From the NCBI GenBank assembly GCA_016179745.1, contig JACPCP010000008.1, positions 34,103-98,102 on the forward strand: a DNA stretch of 64,000 nucleotides. Direction: 5' to 3'. Made by a program: the position numbers and the translations under genes. The notes beneath the pieces are model-generated. The model saw only the letters and a list, made by a program, of their open reading frames with translations. It had not been told where the DNA came from and did no database searches. Within the stretch, counting starts at the first letter, position 1. Each line of letters begins with the position of its first letter. Shown in pieces: positions 1 to 10,888 of this stretch. Origin of the DNA: Candidatus Omnitrophota bacterium (GTDB lineage: Bacteria; Omnitrophota; Omnitrophia; Omnitrophales; JACQLI01).

Positions 1-1205
1 AACGTCGGGTGCAAAAGCTGGTCAAGCTGTTCCGCCTTGACCCGCAACAGCGCCTCGGAGGGCGAGATCAATTTTTCACGGACCAACTCAACGGCGGTTC
101 TCACGGCCGCCTGGGCCGTCCGTTTCCCGTTTCGAGTCTGAAGAAGAAAGAGCTTCCCTTCCTGAATCGTGAATTCCATGTCTTGCATGTCCCGATAGTG
201 GCGCTCAAGCCGCTCCCGGATTTTGCAAAGCTGCTTGTAAATTTCGGGCATCTTCGTCTTCAGCTGGTCCAGGGGTTCCGGGGTCCGGATGCCTGCCACG
301 ACGTCTTCCCCCTGGGCGTTGATCAAAAATTCCCCGTAAAATTTGTTCTCTCCCGTGGAGGGATTGCGGGTGAAACAAACCCCCGTGCCCGAGCTTTCAC
401 CCATATTGCCGAAGACCATGGCCTGCACGTTGACGGCCGTCCCGAGAAGCCCCCGGATGCTGTTCAGGTCACGGTATTTGAGGGCCCGGGGATTGTTCCA
501 GGAGTTGAAGACCGCGTCGATCGCCTTGACGAGCTGCTGGTAGGGGTCCTGCGGAAATTCCTCTCCGGTTTCCTCCTGATAGGCCTTCTTATATTGGCGG
601 ACAATGTCCTTCAAATCGTTGGCCTTCAATTCCGTGTCCTGCTTCACGTGGAGAAGTTCTTTTTTCTTCTCAAGAATATGCTCGAAGGTCTCGTGCTTGA
701 CGCCCATCACGACATTCCCGAACATCTGGATAAACCGGCGGTAGGCGTCCCAGGCGAAGCGCTCATTCTCGGTCTTCATGATGAGACCCTGGATGACGTC
801 GGAGTTGAGCCCTAAATTCAAGACGGTGTCCATCATGCCGGGCATGGAGACGGCGGCGCCGCTCCGGACAGAAACGAGCAAGGGATTATTCCGGTCGCCA
901 AAGCGCATTCCCATGGCCTCTTCCAGCCTCGCCAAGTGGGTCTTGATCTGGCCCTCCAAACCCTCTGGCCACTTTTGGCCCTGTTCGTAAAAAAGGGCGC
1001 AGGCCTCGGTCGTGAGGGTGAAACCTGCGGGAACAGGGATCCCGAGCCGGGTCATCTCCGCCAGGTTGGCCCCCTTGCCCCCCAACAGGTTCTTCATCCC
1101 GGCCTCTCCTTCGGCCGCATTTCGACCGAAGAAGTAAACAAATTTTTTAGTTTTTGACTGCCTCTGGGTTTTCTTTTTTGTTTTCATCGTTGCCACACCG
1201 GACAT
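1..1205 (-). CDS. ppdK: Pyruvate, phosphate dikinase, N-terminal ~400 aa (rest of gene lies beyond window start)
   Basis: The minus-strand frame is open to the window edge, so it is missing from the ORF track. My translation from ATG 1205 reads MSGVATMKTKKKTQRQSKTKKFVYFFG..GMKNLLGGKGANLAEMTRLGIPVPAGFTLTTEAC..NPLLVSVRSGAAVSMPGMMDTVLNLG..FTRNPSTGENKFYGEFLINAQGEDVVAGIRTP, a typical PPDK nucleotide-binding region. AAAGGAG lies 7 nt upstream of the ATG. Plus ORF 9..815 is its antisense shadow. Confidence 0.9.
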   Translation of the reverse strand, partial: MSGVATMKTKKKTQRQSKTKKFVYFFGRNAAEGEAGMKNLLGGKGANLAEMTRLGIPVPAGFTLTTEACALFYEQGQKWPEGLEGQIKTHLARLEEAMGMRFGDRNNPLLVSVRSGAAVSMPGMMDTVLNLGLNSDVIQGLIMKTENERFAWDAYRRFIQMFGNVVMGVKHETFEHILEKKKELLHVKQDTELKANDLKDIVRQYKKAYQEETGEEFPQDPYQQLVKAIDAVFNSWNNPRALKYRDLNSIRGLLGTAVNVQAMVFGNMGESSGTGVCFTRNPSTGENKFYGEFLINAQGEDVVAGIRTPEPLDQLKTKMPEIYKQLCKIRERLERHYRDMQDMEFTIQEGKLFLLQTRNGKRTAQAAVRTAVELVREKLISPSEALLRVKAEQLDQLLHPT

Positions 1206-1250
1206 GCAAAAGCTCCTTTCTTGCGTTGAGTGAAATGAAAAAGATTGCGT

Positions 1251-3365
1251 TTACTCTTTGACCTGGGTCAGGAGCGACAAATCTGCCACCCCGTCGGTAT
1301 ACAACCGGTTGATCCGTCTCATGAGCGCCTGACGGTTCCTGCGGACGGAGGCATTATCGACATTGATCATCACCCGGTCAAAGAATTCGTGCAGAGGATC
1401 AAAAAATATCTCTCCATAGGCACGGGTCAGTCCCTCGTAATCCTTTTTCTCCGTAAAACCCCGCAGGCCGGGTTCCTTCTTCTCGATCATTTCAAACAGG
1501 CCCTTCTCGAGGGGATCCTGAAAAAGACCGGGATCGACCGGGCCCAAAGGTTCCTTGACGCCTTTCAAAATATTTCCCGTCCGCTCCACCACCTTGCTGG
1601 TTTTGAAAAAGACCTCCGGCTGCTTCACGCTGAGCCGCTCGAGCATCTCAAACCGGTCGAAGACGTCCGCCAGATCGTCAAACGAGGACTTCATCACGCC
1701 CTGAAGGATTTCGTAGTTTCGGGTGCCGGGCTTGAGTTCCAGCTCAAAGACCGCCCGGGCCTTGAAAAACTCGGCCAATTTTGGGAAAAGTTCCTCAAAC
1801 GAAAGCTCCGATTTTTCCCGATAAAGAGAATGGCTCTTTTGGACCAGAGCGGCCAAAGAAAATCGAAAGGAAAAGGCCCGAAGGAGTTTGACCACACTCC
1901 CGGCCGCCCGACGGAGGGCATAAGGGTCTTCGCTCCCGGTGGGTTCAAGACGGACGCCAAAGGCGCCCGTCAAAAGGTCGATTCGGTCGGCGATCCCAAA
2001 AAGCGCCCCCATCGGGCTCAATCTTTTGGCCAGGACCTGATGACCTTCTGACAAATTTTTCGGAAGGTACTGCTCCCCGATCGCCCGCGCCACCTCTGAA
2101 GGTTCACCGGCCTCTCGAGCGTATTCCCGGCCCACCCTCCCCTGCAGCTCCGGAAATTCCCCCACCATTTGTGTGGTCAGATCCGCCTTGGCAAGCTGGG
2201 CAACCCGGTCCAAATTTTTCTCCCACTCGGGACGGCCGCTGAGTGCGGCAAGCTCCCGCACCAGGCCGCGAAGCCTCTCCGTGCGTTCCGCCACGGTCCC
2301 GAGCTTGCCGATGAAGACCAGCTCCCCGAGCCTGGCCGCTTTCTTTTCAAGCGGTTCTTTCGTGTCCTCATCATAAAAATACTGCGCATCCCGGAGACGG
2401 GACTCCAACACATTTTCAAAATCGCGCCGGATCCCGGCCAGACCCGATCTGCCGCCGTTCAGGACGGCCACAAACCGGTTCACGAGAGCGCCCTTTTCAT
2501 CCCGGCAGGCAAAAATCTTTTGATGCTTCTTCATGCAGGTGGCCAGCACCTCCTCGGGCAAGTCCCGGTAGGTGCCGGAAAATTTTCCCTGAAGAAGAAA
2601 AGGCTCCTCCACGAGGCCGGCGGCCTCCCGGACCAGATCGGGGTCATAATTCTTCTGGCGGAATTTTTTCTCAAGCTCCTGACAGATCCTTTTCTCCCGG
2701 TCCTCCCGGCCAAGGAGGATGTGGCGCTGGCGGAGTCTTTTCTCATATTCCGTCCAATCGGCCCGGGAAACCGAAAAGCCCTGGGGGGCCAGGAACCGGT
2801 GCCCCGCGCTGACACGTCCCGTCTTGACCCCGGCCATGGAAAATGAAATCACCTTTTTCCCGAAAAGGACCACGCCCCATTGGACCGGCCGGGGAAATCG
2901 GAATCCGGATTTTTCCCAGCGCATCGTCTTTCGAAACGGGAGACCCGCCAAAATTTCAGGAACGAGGCGCGGGAGAAGTTTCGCCGTCGGCTCCCCTTTG
3001 CGGATTTTCTCGATCGCGACAACCCGGCCGCGCGGGGACTCCTGGATCTTGATCTTCTCCGGCTTCGCGCCGTGGGCCTTCAGAAACCCCTCCAGGGCCG
3101 GCGTCGGTTTTCCGGCCGCGTCGAAGGCCTTGTCGTGCGCCGGACCGGTGACGATTGATTTTTCCTCTGCCTGCCCGACGGCGAGATCTTCAATGAAGAA
3201 GACAAGCCGTCTGGGAGTGGCCTCGGTCCGGACCTTTCCAAAAGTCAGCCGGTTTTTCTTCAAGAGGCTTTCCGTGACCCCGGCCGCGTGGGTATAAAAA
3301 ATCTCGATCGCGTCCAAAGGAAGCTCTTCCGTTCCAATTTCAATCAGGGCAGAGGGGGCCATCAA
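1251..3365 (-). CDS. glyS: Glycine--tRNA ligase beta subunit
   Basis: 704-aa ORF with N-terminus MMAPSALIEIGTEELP, and the length and overall pattern of GlyS. It starts 1 nt after the glyQ stop. Confidence 0.95.
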   Translation of the reverse strand: MMAPSALIEIGTEELPLDAIEIFYTHAAGVTESLLKKNRLTFGKVRTEATPRRLVFFIEDLAVGQAEEKSIVTGPAHDKAFDAAGKPTPALEGFLKAHGAKPEKIKIQESPRGRVVAIEKIRKGEPTAKLLPRLVPEILAGLPFRKTMRWEKSGFRFPRPVQWGVVLFGKKVISFSMAGVKTGRVSAGHRFLAPQGFSVSRADWTEYEKRLRQRHILLGREDREKRICQELEKKFRQKNYDPDLVREAAGLVEEPFLLQGKFSGTYRDLPEEVLATCMKKHQKIFACRDEKGALVNRFVAVLNGGRSGLAGIRRDFENVLESRLRDAQYFYDEDTKEPLEKKAARLGELVFIGKLGTVAERTERLRGLVRELAALSGRPEWEKNLDRVAQLAKADLTTQMVGEFPELQGRVGREYAREAGEPSEVARAIGEQYLPKNLSEGHQVLAKRLSPMGALFGIADRIDLLTGAFGVRLEPTGSEDPYALRRAAGSVVKLLRAFSFRFSLAALVQKSHSLYREKSELSFEELFPKLAEFFKARAVFELELKPGTRNYEILQGVMKSSFDDLADVFDRFEMLERLSVKQPEVFFKTSKVVERTGNILKGVKEPLGPVDPGLFQDPLEKGLFEMIEKKEPGLRGFTEKKDYEGLTRAYGEIFFDPLHEFFDRVMINVDNASVRRNRQALMRRINRLYTDGVADLSLLTQVKE

Positions 3366-3366
3366 A

Positions 3367-4245
3367 CTATTTCAACAGGGGGAAATTCAATTTTTCCCGG
3401 CTCGCCAGATACCCCTCGGCGCAAGCGCGGGCCAGGGCACGCACGCGGGCAATGGTTCGGGGCCTCTCATTCACGCTGACCGCACCCCGGGCATCCAGGA
3501 GGTTGAAGACATGGGACGTTTTCAGACAAAGATCATAGGCCGGAAGGACCAGCCCTTTTTTCAAAAGCCGGTGGGCTTCCGTTTCGTATTCCTCAAAATG
3601 GCGGCGGTAGATTTCAATCGAGGCCTCTTCGAAATTGAACCGGGAAAACTCCTTCTCCCCTTGAAGATGGACTTCTCCATACGTGACGCCCCCGTTCCAA
3701 TCGATGTCAAAAACCGAGTCTTTGCCCTGCAAAAACATGGCGAGCCGTTCCAGACCGTAGGTGATTTCACAAGAGATGGGGTCCAGGTCGATCCCGCCGC
3801 ACTGTTGAAAATAAGTAAATTGGGTGATCTCGAGGCTGTCGAGCCATACCTCCCACCCCAGTCCCCAGGCGCCGAGGGTCGGGGATTCCCAGTCGTCTTC
3901 CACAAAGCGAAGGTCGTGCGAAAGCGGTTTGATCCCGCAGGCCTCGAGGCTTTTGAGATAGAGTTTCTGTGCTCCCCGGGGGGAGGGTTTAAGGATTACT
4001 TGATACTGATAATAATGCTGGAGCCGATGGGGATTTTCACCATAACGGCCGTCCGTGGGCCTTCGGGAAGGTTCCACGTAGGCCGCTTTCCACGGCTCGG
4101 GCCCCAGGGCCCGCAAAAAGGTGTGAGGCGAGAAGGTACCAGCCCCGACTTCCAAATCATAAGGCTGGACAATCAGGCAGCCTTGATCGGCCCAATAGGT
4201 GTTAAGACGCTGTATTAACTCTTGAAATTTCAGGGGCTTAGGCAT
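3367..4245 (-). CDS. glyQ: Glycine--tRNA ligase alpha subunit
   Basis: Contains [46 protein letters not shown], a GlyQ hallmark. I moved the start from 4341 to the internal ATG 4245 (MPKPLKF), giving 292 aa, because a near-consensus promoter lies inside the longer ORF. Confidence 0.93.
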   Translation of the reverse strand: MPKPLKFQELIQRLNTYWADQGCLIVQPYDLEVGAGTFSPHTFLRALGPEPWKAAYVEPSRRPTDGRYGENPHRLQHYYQYQVILKPSPRGAQKLYLKSLEACGIKPLSHDLRFVEDDWESPTLGAWGLGWEVWLDSLEITQFTYFQQCGGIDLDPISCEITYGLERLAMFLQGKDSVFDIDWNGGVTYGEVHLQGEKEFSRFNFEEASIEIYRRHFEEYETEAHRLLKKGLVLPAYDLCLKTSHVFNLLDARGAVSVNERPRTIARVRALARACAEGYLASREKLNFPLLK

Positions 4246-4267
4246 TTTTTTGAAAAAATGTGGCCTG

Positions 4268-4296
4268 ATTCTATCAAGCCCTCCCAGCCCCGTCAA
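4268..4296 (-). promoter_or_regulatory. Putative sigma70-type promoter of glyQS (TTGACG-17 nt-TAGAAT)
   Basis: On the minus strand, TTGACG is at 4296..4291, the spacer is 17 nt, and TAGAAT is at 4273..4268. The glyQ ATG lies 22 nt downstream. Confidence 0.5.
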
Positions 4297-4407
4297 GTCA
4301 GGCGCCCGAAACCCCCGGGGTTCGGGGGTCCGGAAGGGCACGGACCGCGCGAATCCGTGCTTTCCTTCCGAAACGAGAGACCTCGGTTTTGTTCCTCCCT
4401 GAGTTAA

Positions 4408-4719
4408 CTACAGGGTGATTTCTTCTTTGATCCGTTCAAACTTTCCCTGGCCGATGCCGGGGACACGGACCAAATCGTCGAGACGCTCGAATCGGCCGTT
4501 CGCCTCGCGGTATTGGATAATCCGCTCAGCCAGGGCCGGCCCGATGCCTCGAACCGTTTCAAGCTCGCCCGAGTCGGCCTTGTTAATGCTGACCGAGACC
4601 GGCTTTGCCGCCTTTTCAGCGGCTGGCGCAGCCTGAACCCGCTCAAGGGGCATCGCCAAGGAACCCCCCAAGAAGGAGACCGCCACCAGGGCAAGCCACC
4701 ATTGATTCTGTCGCTTCAT
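4408..4719 (-). CDS. comEA: ComEA-like helix-hairpin-helix DNA-binding protein with signal peptide
   Basis: C-terminal INKADSGELETVRGIGPALAERIIQYREANGRFERLDDLVRVPGIGQGKFERIKEEI is a tandem HhH (ComEA) motif. The N-terminus MKRQNQWWLALVAVSFLGGSLA is a signal peptide. I chose ATG 4719 (GGAGG 8 nt upstream) over the track GTG at 4728. Confidence 0.85.
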   Translation of the reverse strand: MKRQNQWWLALVAVSFLGGSLAMPLERVQAAPAAEKAAKPVSVSINKADSGELETVRGIGPALAERIIQYREANGRFERLDDLVRVPGIGQGKFERIKEEITL

Positions 4720-4853
4720 CGCACTCACCTCCTTTCCTCTTCCTTACTTTCACGACAGGGAGGAAGGTACCAGAGACTTACAGTAATGTCAACATTATAT
4801 TTATATTAAACAATAAACCACCTTTCTTCCCTTTTTACAGTTTTGACATTTAT

Positions 4854-4884
4854 TTGTTGCGCACGGTTTCGGAATCCGTATAAT
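4854..4884 (+). promoter_or_regulatory. Putative promoter of the XRE/cupin regulator in the AT-rich divergent region 4729..4882
   Basis: Perfect TATAAT at 4879..4884 with TTGTTG at 4854..4859 (19-nt spacer, suboptimal). A TTGACA at 4843..4848 is too far away for a standard spacer. This is the most AT-rich stretch of the window. Confidence 0.4.
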
Positions 4885-5449
4885 GACCCCCGCTATGTTA
4901 AAAGTGGGGCCTCGCATTCGGGAAATCCGGAAGGGTAAAAAAATTACTTTGATCGAACTTTCCAAACAAACCGGCATTGCCCAGGCCACGCTCTCCCGCA
5001 TCGAGACGGGCCGCATGATCGGAACCGTGGAGAGCCATCAAAAGATTGCGGACGCCCTAGGCCTCACCCTCGCCGCGCTTTACGCGCCGCTCGACCGGCG
5101 TTACGAGGAAGTCGCGGTCTCAAAAAAGGAGACGCCCCGAAAGCTGGTCCATCAGGGCCGGGGCTGTCAGATCGAGCTCCTGACGCAGGAAGTCACCAAG
5201 AAAAAGATCACGCCCCTTTATGTAACCCTCTCCGGAAGCTCAAAGACCGCGTTGGAGGAAAACGAGCGGGGTGTCGAGAAATTTATTTGGATCCAGGAGG
5301 GTGAAGTGGAGGTCAGCCTGGAAAAGGAAGTGCATTCTTTAAAGGAAGGGGAAACGCTCTACTTCGACGCCTCCCTCCCCCACCGGATCACGAATCCCCG
5401 GTCCAAAACCGCGAAGGTCTTCGTCGCGGTCTCTCCCTCAAAAATTTAA
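4883..5449 (+). CDS. XRE-family HTH transcriptional regulator with C-terminal cupin domain
   Basis: N-terminal IREIRKGKKITLIELSKQTGIAQATLSRIETGR is an XRE helix-turn-helix. C-terminal EKFIWIQEGEVEVSLEKEVHSLKEGETLYFDASLPHRITN is a cupin fold. The start may instead be ATG 4895 (MLKVGPRIREIR), because ATG 4883 lies inside the TATAAT box. Confidence 0.85.
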   Translation: MTPAMLKVGPRIREIRKGKKITLIELSKQTGIAQATLSRIETGRMIGTVESHQKIADALGLTLAALYAPLDRRYEEVAVSKKETPRKLVHQGRGCQIELLTQEVTKKKITPLYVTLSGSSKTALEENERGVEKFIWIQEGEVEVSLEKEVHSLKEGETLYFDASLPHRITNPRSKTAKVFVAVSPSKI

Positions 5450-5459
5450 ACCCTCTAAA

Positions 5460-5789
5460 TCAAATTTGGGTCTCGGCCTTGAGCCACTGAAGGTAGGCGG
5501 AGTTCGCCCTGGCACAGGGAAGCGCCACAATCTCCGGCACTGAATAGGGATGATTTTTTTCGAGGACCTGTTTCAGACGGGGAAATAAGGCATTCCGGGT
5601 TTTGAGAATGAGGAGGTATTCCTTTGCCCGTTCGATTTTTTTCTTCCACCGGTAAACCGATTCGATCGGCCCCACCTGTTGGATGCAGGCGGCGAGTCTT
5701 TTTTTGAGAACGAGTTCTGAAAGGCGGCGCGCGTGCAAGCGGTCCGGAAGGGTCGTGAGGACAATCAGGAAGGAACTCGGCACGGACAA
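5460..5789 (-). CDS. cutA: Divalent-cation tolerance protein CutA
   Basis: 109 aa. The pattern LAACIQQVGPIESVYRWKKKIERAKEYLLILKT..HPYSVPEIVALP matches the CutA1 family. Confidence 0.85.
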   Translation of the reverse strand: MSVPSSFLIVLTTLPDRLHARRLSELVLKKRLAACIQQVGPIESVYRWKKKIERAKEYLLILKTRNALFPRLKQVLEKNHPYSVPEIVALPCARANSAYLQWLKAETQI

Positions 5790-5790
5790 A

Positions 5791-5994
5791 TCAACGCTGG
5801 GTCAGCGTCGCACGAAACCCCGTCTGGGCGTCTCCCAAACTGATGTGGCCTTCACGGGCCAGCCATCCCAGGCTCATCAAAAGCAAGCTCCGGTCTTTTT
5901 TGATGGTCTTGGCCAATTCGTCCAAGGTCCCGGAACCTCTCTGGTCCAGGTAGTGCCAAATGTCCCCTGCGGCGATGCCGATTTCAGTAATCAT
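5791..5994 (-). CDS. Small winged-helix protein (DUF2582-like)
   Basis: 67 aa. IAAGDIWHYLDQRGSGTLDELAKTIKKDRSLLLMSLGWLAREGHISL resembles the winged-helix DUF2582 family. It starts 1 nt upstream of the cutA start region. Confidence 0.6.
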   Translation of the reverse strand: MITEIGIAAGDIWHYLDQRGSGTLDELAKTIKKDRSLLLMSLGWLAREGHISLGDAQTGFRATLTQR

Positions 5995-6012
5995 GCCGAC
6001 ATGTTACCACTT

Positions 6013-8817
6013 TCACCGGGCCCTTTCAACCAACCTTCCTGACGGGTCCAGCATTTTCTTCAGAAATTGTCCCGTGTAGGAGCGCGGGTTTTGAGCGACC
6101 TCTTCGGGGCTTCCTTCGGCCACAATTTTACCCCCCTCCTCCCCGCCCTCGGGACCCAAATCCAGAATAAAATCAGCCATCTTGACCACCTCCAGATTGT
6201 GCTCCACCACCAGGACCGTGTGGCCCGAATCCCGGAGTTCAAAAAGCGCCGTCATCAAGTTCTGGATGTCCGCAAAATGAAGGCCGGTCGTCGGCTCATC
6301 CAAAAGGTAAAGGGTGCGGCCAATGGAACGCCGGCTGAGTTCGCTCACGAGCTTGATTCGCTGGGCCTCGCCTCCCGAAAGGGTCGTCGAGGACTGTCCC
6401 AGTTTGAGATAACCCAGCCCGACCTTTTTCAAAAGCTCGAGCCTTTCGCGAAGAAGGCTGAAGTTCGAAAAAAAATCCAGTGCTTCGTTCACAGAAAGCT
6501 CCAAAACCTCCGCAATCGTCTTTCCGTGGTATCTCACCTCCAGCGTCGGCTCGTTGTAACGCCTCCCCCGGCAGACTTCACAAACAACGTAGAGGTCGGG
6601 CATGAAGCTCATTTGGAGTTTTTCCGCCCCTTCTCCCCCGCAAGTCTCGCACCGCCCGCCTTTCAAATTGAAGCTGAAACGGGACGGCGTGTAGTTCCGC
6701 ACCCGGGCCTCGGCGGTCTGGCTGAAAATTTTCCGGATCCAGCCAAAAAGGTCCGTGTAAGTGGCGGGGTTGGAGCGGGGGGTTCGGCCGATCGGAGATT
6801 GATCAATCTCGATGACTTGTTCAATTTGTTCGGCCCCTCGAAGGGATCGAAAACGGCCGACACGGACGTTTGTCTTCCAAAGACGGTTGTGGAACTCCTT
6901 GTAAAGGATGTCGTGGACCAGCGTGCTCTTGCCCGAACCCGAGACGCCCGTCACACAGACCAAAAGACCCAGCGGGATCCTGGCATTGATTTTCTTCAGG
7001 TTGTTTTCGGCGCAGCCGGTCAATTCAAGACACGGGGCCTTTCGCCAGTCTCTCCGTGAAGCCGGCAACGGAATTTTCAGCTGCCCGGTCAGATATTTCC
7101 CGGTGAGGGAACGGGGAGCCCGGGAAAGGTCCGGCACCCTGCCTTCCCCGACCAGTTCGCCGCCTTCCCGTCCGGCGCCCGGCCCCAGGTCCACCACGTG
7201 GTCGGCCCTGCGGATGGTCTCTTCATCGTGCTCGACCACCAGGACGGTATTTTTGAGGTCCCGAAGTTTCTCGAGGGTGTCAAGCAGCCGATGGTGGTCC
7301 CGAGGGTGCAATCCAATCGAAGGCTCATCCAGGATATAAAGCACTCCGCTCAACCCGACCCCGATTTGCGCCGCCAGGCGAATCCGCTGGAGTTCCCCGC
7401 CGGCCAAGGTGGCGACCGAACGATCCAGGGCCAAATATCCCAGACCCACATTTTCCAGAAAGGACAGCCGTTCGCGAATCTCTCTCAAAATAGGGTCGGT
7501 GATCTTCCTTCTTGATTCCGGGAAGGCGAGGTCGGAAAATTGCCGGCCCGCCTCGTCAACGGAGAGCCGGCACCATTCGACGATATTCCTCCCGCCGATC
7601 CTGACGCCGAGATTTTCCTTTCGAATCCGGGCCCCCCGGCATTCCGAACAAACATCCTCTCTCAGGAATTTTCCGATCTTATGACGAACGACTTCGGACT
7701 TCGTCCTGTGAAAAAGGTCCTCCAGTTCATCCACGAGGCCGTAATGATCGTCATCCCCCCAGAAAAAGGCCTCCCGGGCGGACCCGGGCCAGTCCTGAAA
7801 AGGGAGGCGAAGATCAAACCGGTATTTTTCCCTCAGGTCGGAAACAAGATCCTCAATCACATATTTGTTGAAGGAGAAAAAAATCTCCTCGTTAAGCGCC
7901 CCTTGAAAAATGGGCTTCGCCTCATCGCGAAGGACCCCCTGCGACAAAAGCTGGGAAAGCCTCCCCATCCCCTTGCAGCGGGGACAGGCGCCATAGGGGC
8001 TGTTGAAGGAAAAAAGATTGGGCTGAAGCTCCGGAATGCTGATCCGGCACCGGGGGCAGGCGCGCCGGGTCGAAAAGAATTTTTGAGCGCCGGGAGTTTT
8101 GACCGGCACCACCACGCATTCCCCCTCCGCCCATTCCAGGGACCGGCGAAGCGCCGGGTCGAGCCGCTTCTCTTCCGAAGCCCGAAGGGTGAAGGAGTCG
8201 ATGAGGACTTCAATGTCGTGGCGTTTTGTTTTCCGGAGTTTTGTTTTTTTGTCGATCTCACTCATCTCGCCGTCGATCCGGACACGGCTGTATCCTTTTT
8301 TCAAAATTTCCTGGAAGAGTTTCTGGAACTCGCCCTTCCGCCCCCGGACCAGGGGGGCCAGGACCTGAAGGGGTTGACCGAAAAACTGGTCCTTGATTTG
8401 AGCCAGGATTTCTGACGGTTTCTCGCCTCCAAGGGGATTGCCGCAGCGGTAGCAGAAGACCTCCCCCGCCTTTGCGAAAAGGAGCCGGAGATAATCGAAA
8501 ATTTCGGTCACCGTCCCCACGGTCGAGCGGGGGTTGTGGGCCACGGAACGCTGTTCGATGGCGATGGCCGGCGAAAGACCGGTGATCTGGTCCACCTCGG
8601 GTTTTTTGAGTTTCTCGAGGAATTGGCGGGCGTAGGAGGAAAGGCTTTCGAGGTAACGCCGCTGGCCCTCCGCATAAAGGGTGTCAAAGGCCAGCGTTGA
8701 TTTCCCGGAGCCCGAAAGCCCCGTGATGACCGTCAGCCGGTTGCGGGGGATCGCCAGATTCAGATTTTTGAGGTTGTGTTCCCGGGCGCCCCGGATTTGG
8801 ATGAAATCAGCTGCCAA
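6013..8817 (-). CDS. uvrA: Excinuclease ABC subunit A
   Basis: 934 aa. Starts [12 protein letters not shown], has two ABC ATPase modules ([23 protein letters not shown] and [11 protein letters not shown]) and zinc-finger Cys pairs. Confidence 0.97.
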   Translation of the reverse strand: MAADFIQIRGAREHNLKNLNLAIPRNRLTVITGLSGSGKSTLAFDTLYAEGQRRYLESLSSYARQFLEKLKKPEVDQITGLSPAIAIEQRSVAHNPRSTVGTVTEIFDYLRLLFAKAGEVFCYRCGNPLGGEKPSEILAQIKDQFFGQPLQVLAPLVRGRKGEFQKLFQEILKKGYSRVRIDGEMSEIDKKTKLRKTKRHDIEVLIDSFTLRASEEKRLDPALRRSLEWAEGECVVVPVKTPGAQKFFSTRRACPRCRISIPELQPNLFSFNSPYGACPRCKGMGRLSQLLSQGVLRDEAKPIFQGALNEEIFFSFNKYVIEDLVSDLREKYRFDLRLPFQDWPGSAREAFFWGDDDHYGLVDELEDLFHRTKSEVVRHKIGKFLREDVCSECRGARIRKENLGVRIGGRNIVEWCRLSVDEAGRQFSDLAFPESRRKITDPILREIRERLSFLENVGLGYLALDRSVATLAGGELQRIRLAAQIGVGLSGVLYILDEPSIGLHPRDHHRLLDTLEKLRDLKNTVLVVEHDEETIRRADHVVDLGPGAGREGGELVGEGRVPDLSRAPRSLTGKYLTGQLKIPLPASRRDWRKAPCLELTGCAENNLKKINARIPLGLLVCVTGVSGSGKSTLVHDILYKEFHNRLWKTNVRVGRFRSLRGAEQIEQVIEIDQSPIGRTPRSNPATYTDLFGWIRKIFSQTAEARVRNYTPSRFSFNLKGGRCETCGGEGAEKLQMSFMPDLYVVCEVCRGRRYNEPTLEVRYHGKTIAEVLELSVNEALDFFSNFSLLRERLELLKKVGLGYLKLGQSSTTLSGGEAQRIKLVSELSRRSIGRTLYLLDEPTTGLHFADIQNLMTALFELRDSGHTVLVVEHNLEVVKMADFILDLGPEGGEEGGKIVAEGSPEEVAQNPRSYTGQFLKKMLDPSGRLVERAR

Positions 8818-9619
8818 GGTGAATCCGGCTGAAAATTTTTCTTAACGTGGCAACGGCGGAAAGGATCGCAAGCTCGCTCGTCTTGGGATTCGAGGCCGAA
8901 GGCCGGCTCCGGACCTCGGCCCGGAGGGTCCCAAAATCCCCTTCGGCCACGACCTCGTGCTGATTTTCACGGTAGGTGGGCGAGGCAAAAACCCGGACCC
9001 GGGTCTTCTCGGCGCCGACCCCGGCCAGGGCGAGAGTCGCCGCCACATTCACATTTTTCGGAAAGGCCCGGATCGCCTCCAGGGCGTTGCCTTCAAAAAT
9101 GAGGGTCGGCTTCTTGATGGCGTCCAGGCGGATCCCCTTCTCATTCAGATACGGTGCGCCCTCCAGTCCCCGGACCGGTTTGCGGGTGGTGAGGGTCACC
9201 TGACGAAGAGTCCCGGCGCCCGCCGCCAGAATACCGTCAATTCCCGCCAAGGCGCCGGAGGGAATCCAGAGCCGGCCTTTGGTTTTCTCAAGCAGAGAGG
9301 CCAAGTCCTTGGCCGCCAAAAGCCCGCCGACACTCAAGATCAAGACCTGCTTGTTAAGCCTGAGCGCTCTCTGGGCAACGGGGAAGGCAATCTCCTGCGA
9401 GGCTGTTTCAATCACTAGATCACTGGACGCCACGAGTCTTTGCCAGCTGAGCGCCCGGGCTTGGGGGGCAAATTTCTTCCGGATCTCCAGAATTTTTTCT
9501 TTCCGGAGGTCACAGAGATAGGCAATGCGTCCCTGCCGGTGAAATTCCCGGGACAGGATTTCAACCAGGCGGGACCCAATGGCACCGAGACCAATGACTC
9601 CGATCTTAAGGGGCTTCAT
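8807..9619 (-). CDS. nadX: L-aspartate dehydrogenase
   Basis: 270 aa. Rossmann start [14 protein letters not shown], plus the C-terminal pattern [26 protein letters not shown]...[12 protein letters not shown]...[12 protein letters not shown] typical of the NadX (Asp-DH, DUF108) family. Confidence 0.8.
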   Translation of the reverse strand: MKPLKIGVIGLGAIGSRLVEILSREFHRQGRIAYLCDLRKEKILEIRKKFAPQARALSWQRLVASSDLVIETASQEIAFPVAQRALRLNKQVLILSVGGLLAAKDLASLLEKTKGRLWIPSGALAGIDGILAAGAGTLRQVTLTTRKPVRGLEGAPYLNEKGIRLDAIKKPTLIFEGNALEAIRAFPKNVNVAATLALAGVGAEKTRVRVFASPTYRENQHEVVAEGDFGTLRAEVRSRPSASNPKTSELAILSAVATLRKIFSRIHLGS

Positions 9620-9655
9620 ATCTCGGGAAACGGACAGGGTGAGACCGTGGCAAAC

Positions 9656-10036
9656 TTAGAAAGATTCGAGCGGCCGGGTATGTTTCAACGAGAGAATTCG
9701 ATTTTGGCGGTCGACATAAACAACCTTCGGCCGATGGGTCTCGATCTCATTTTCCTCGAGCACCGCAAAGCTCATAATGATGACCAGGTCCCCCTTGGAG
9801 CCATACCGGGCCGCGCCGCCGTTCAAGCAGATCACCCCCGAACCCGCCTCACCCTGAATGGCATAACTTTCGATCCGGGAACCATTGTTCAGATTGGCGA
9901 TCAAAACTTTTTCATAGGGGAGAATGTCTGCCGCCTTGAGGAGCTCTTCGTCAATCGTGATGCTCCCTTCATAGTCCACTTGGGCGTCGGTGACGGTGGC
10001 GCGGTGAATTTTTGACTTCAAGAATTGGCGAAACAT
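9656..10036 (-). CDS. panD: Aspartate 1-decarboxylase
   Basis: 126 aa. MFRQFLKSKIHRATVTDAQVDYEGSITID with the G-S self-cleavage site, then ICLNGGAARYGSKGDLVIIMSF. Confidence 0.95.
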   Translation of the reverse strand: MFRQFLKSKIHRATVTDAQVDYEGSITIDEELLKAADILPYEKVLIANLNNGSRIESYAIQGEAGSGVICLNGGAARYGSKGDLVIIMSFAVLEENEIETHRPKVVYVDRQNRILSLKHTRPLESF

Positions 10037-10045
10037 GGGCTTTTT

Positions 10046-10888
10046 TTAGGGCCACATTATAGCATTATCAATCAACCGTGTCTTCCCAACCCATCCGGCC
10101 ACGGCGATCAAAAAAGGGGCCTTGAGCCCTCTAACCGGTGTTAGATCATCGGGTTCGACAAATTCGACATAATCTATCCTGACCTTCGAAGCCCGGAGCC
10201 GGCGAAGGATCCCCTGCTTGAGAGAAGGAAGACTCCGCTGTCCCTTCCGGACCTCGTCCCGGGCCCACGCGAGGGCACGGGGGATTGCGAGCGCCCGTTT
10301 CCTCTCTCGAGAAGAGAGGTAGCGATTTCGTGAACTCAAAGCCAATCCGTCACGGTCCCTCAAGGTCGGCAAAACTTTGATCTCCAGATTGAAATTCAAG
10401 TCCCGCACGAGCGCTTGCACGATCCGGGCCTGCTGATAATCCTTGGCGCCGAAATAGGCCCGGTGAGGCATCACGAGATTAAAGAGTTTGGTGACGACCG
10501 TGGCCACGCCCCGGAAATGCCCCGGCCGGAAACGGCCGCAAAGCCCCCGGCTTAACTCTCTCGCCTCCACAAAAGTCTGGTGGCCGGAAAGATAAAAGGA
10601 GGGGGCGAGCGGCCGAAAAAGGTAATCTACCTTCTCCTGCCGAAGGGCCCGGCGGTCCTCTCCCAGAGAGCGCGGGTAACGGCTGAAATCTTCCTTCGGG
10701 CCGAACTGAAGCGGATTGACAAAAAGACTGACCACGACGACATCGTTTTCCCTTCTCGCCCTCCGAACCAACGAAAGGTGCCCCTCGTGGAGCGCACCCA
10801 TCGTCGGGACAAAACCAAGGGTCCGGCCGCTCCGGCGAAGCCGTTCCATTTCCCGCTGGAGGGTCTTGGGGTTTTTGATTTCCTTCAT
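10046..10888 (-). CDS. panC: Pantoate--beta-alanine ligase
   Basis: 280 aa. GFVPTMGALHEGHLSLVRRAR, SLFVNPLQFGP and FGAKDYQQ are PanC motifs. Confidence 0.95.
   Translation of the reverse strand: MKEIKNPKTLQREMERLRRSGRTLGFVPTMGALHEGHLSLVRRARRENDVVVVSLFVNPLQFGPKEDFSRYPRSLGEDRRALRQEKVDYLFRPLAPSFYLSGHQTFVEARELSRGLCGRFRPGHFRGVATVVTKLFNLVMPHRAYFGAKDYQQARIVQALVRDLNFNLEIKVLPTLRDRDGLALSSRNRYLSSRERKRALAIPRALAWARDEVRKGQRSLPSLKQGILRRLRASKVRIDYVEFVEPDDLTPVRGLKAPFLIAVAGWVGKTRLIDNAIMWP

Noticed and set aside
9-2051. Plus-strand ORFs 9..815 and 1245..2051 (268 aa each)
   Set aside because: They are antisense to ppdK and glyS respectively. The minus-strand translations match well-known families.
4246-4341. 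N-terminal extensions of track ORFs (glyQ here; likewise recO to 14640, hpf to 32403, ptsH to 30286, lptC/A-like to 33995, dprA to 56248, GT9 copy 2 to 42743)
   Set aside because: The extensions are Pro/Arg/Gly-rich and overlap the upstream gene or a promoter. The family-conserved N-termini begin at internal ATGs that abut the upstream stop codons.
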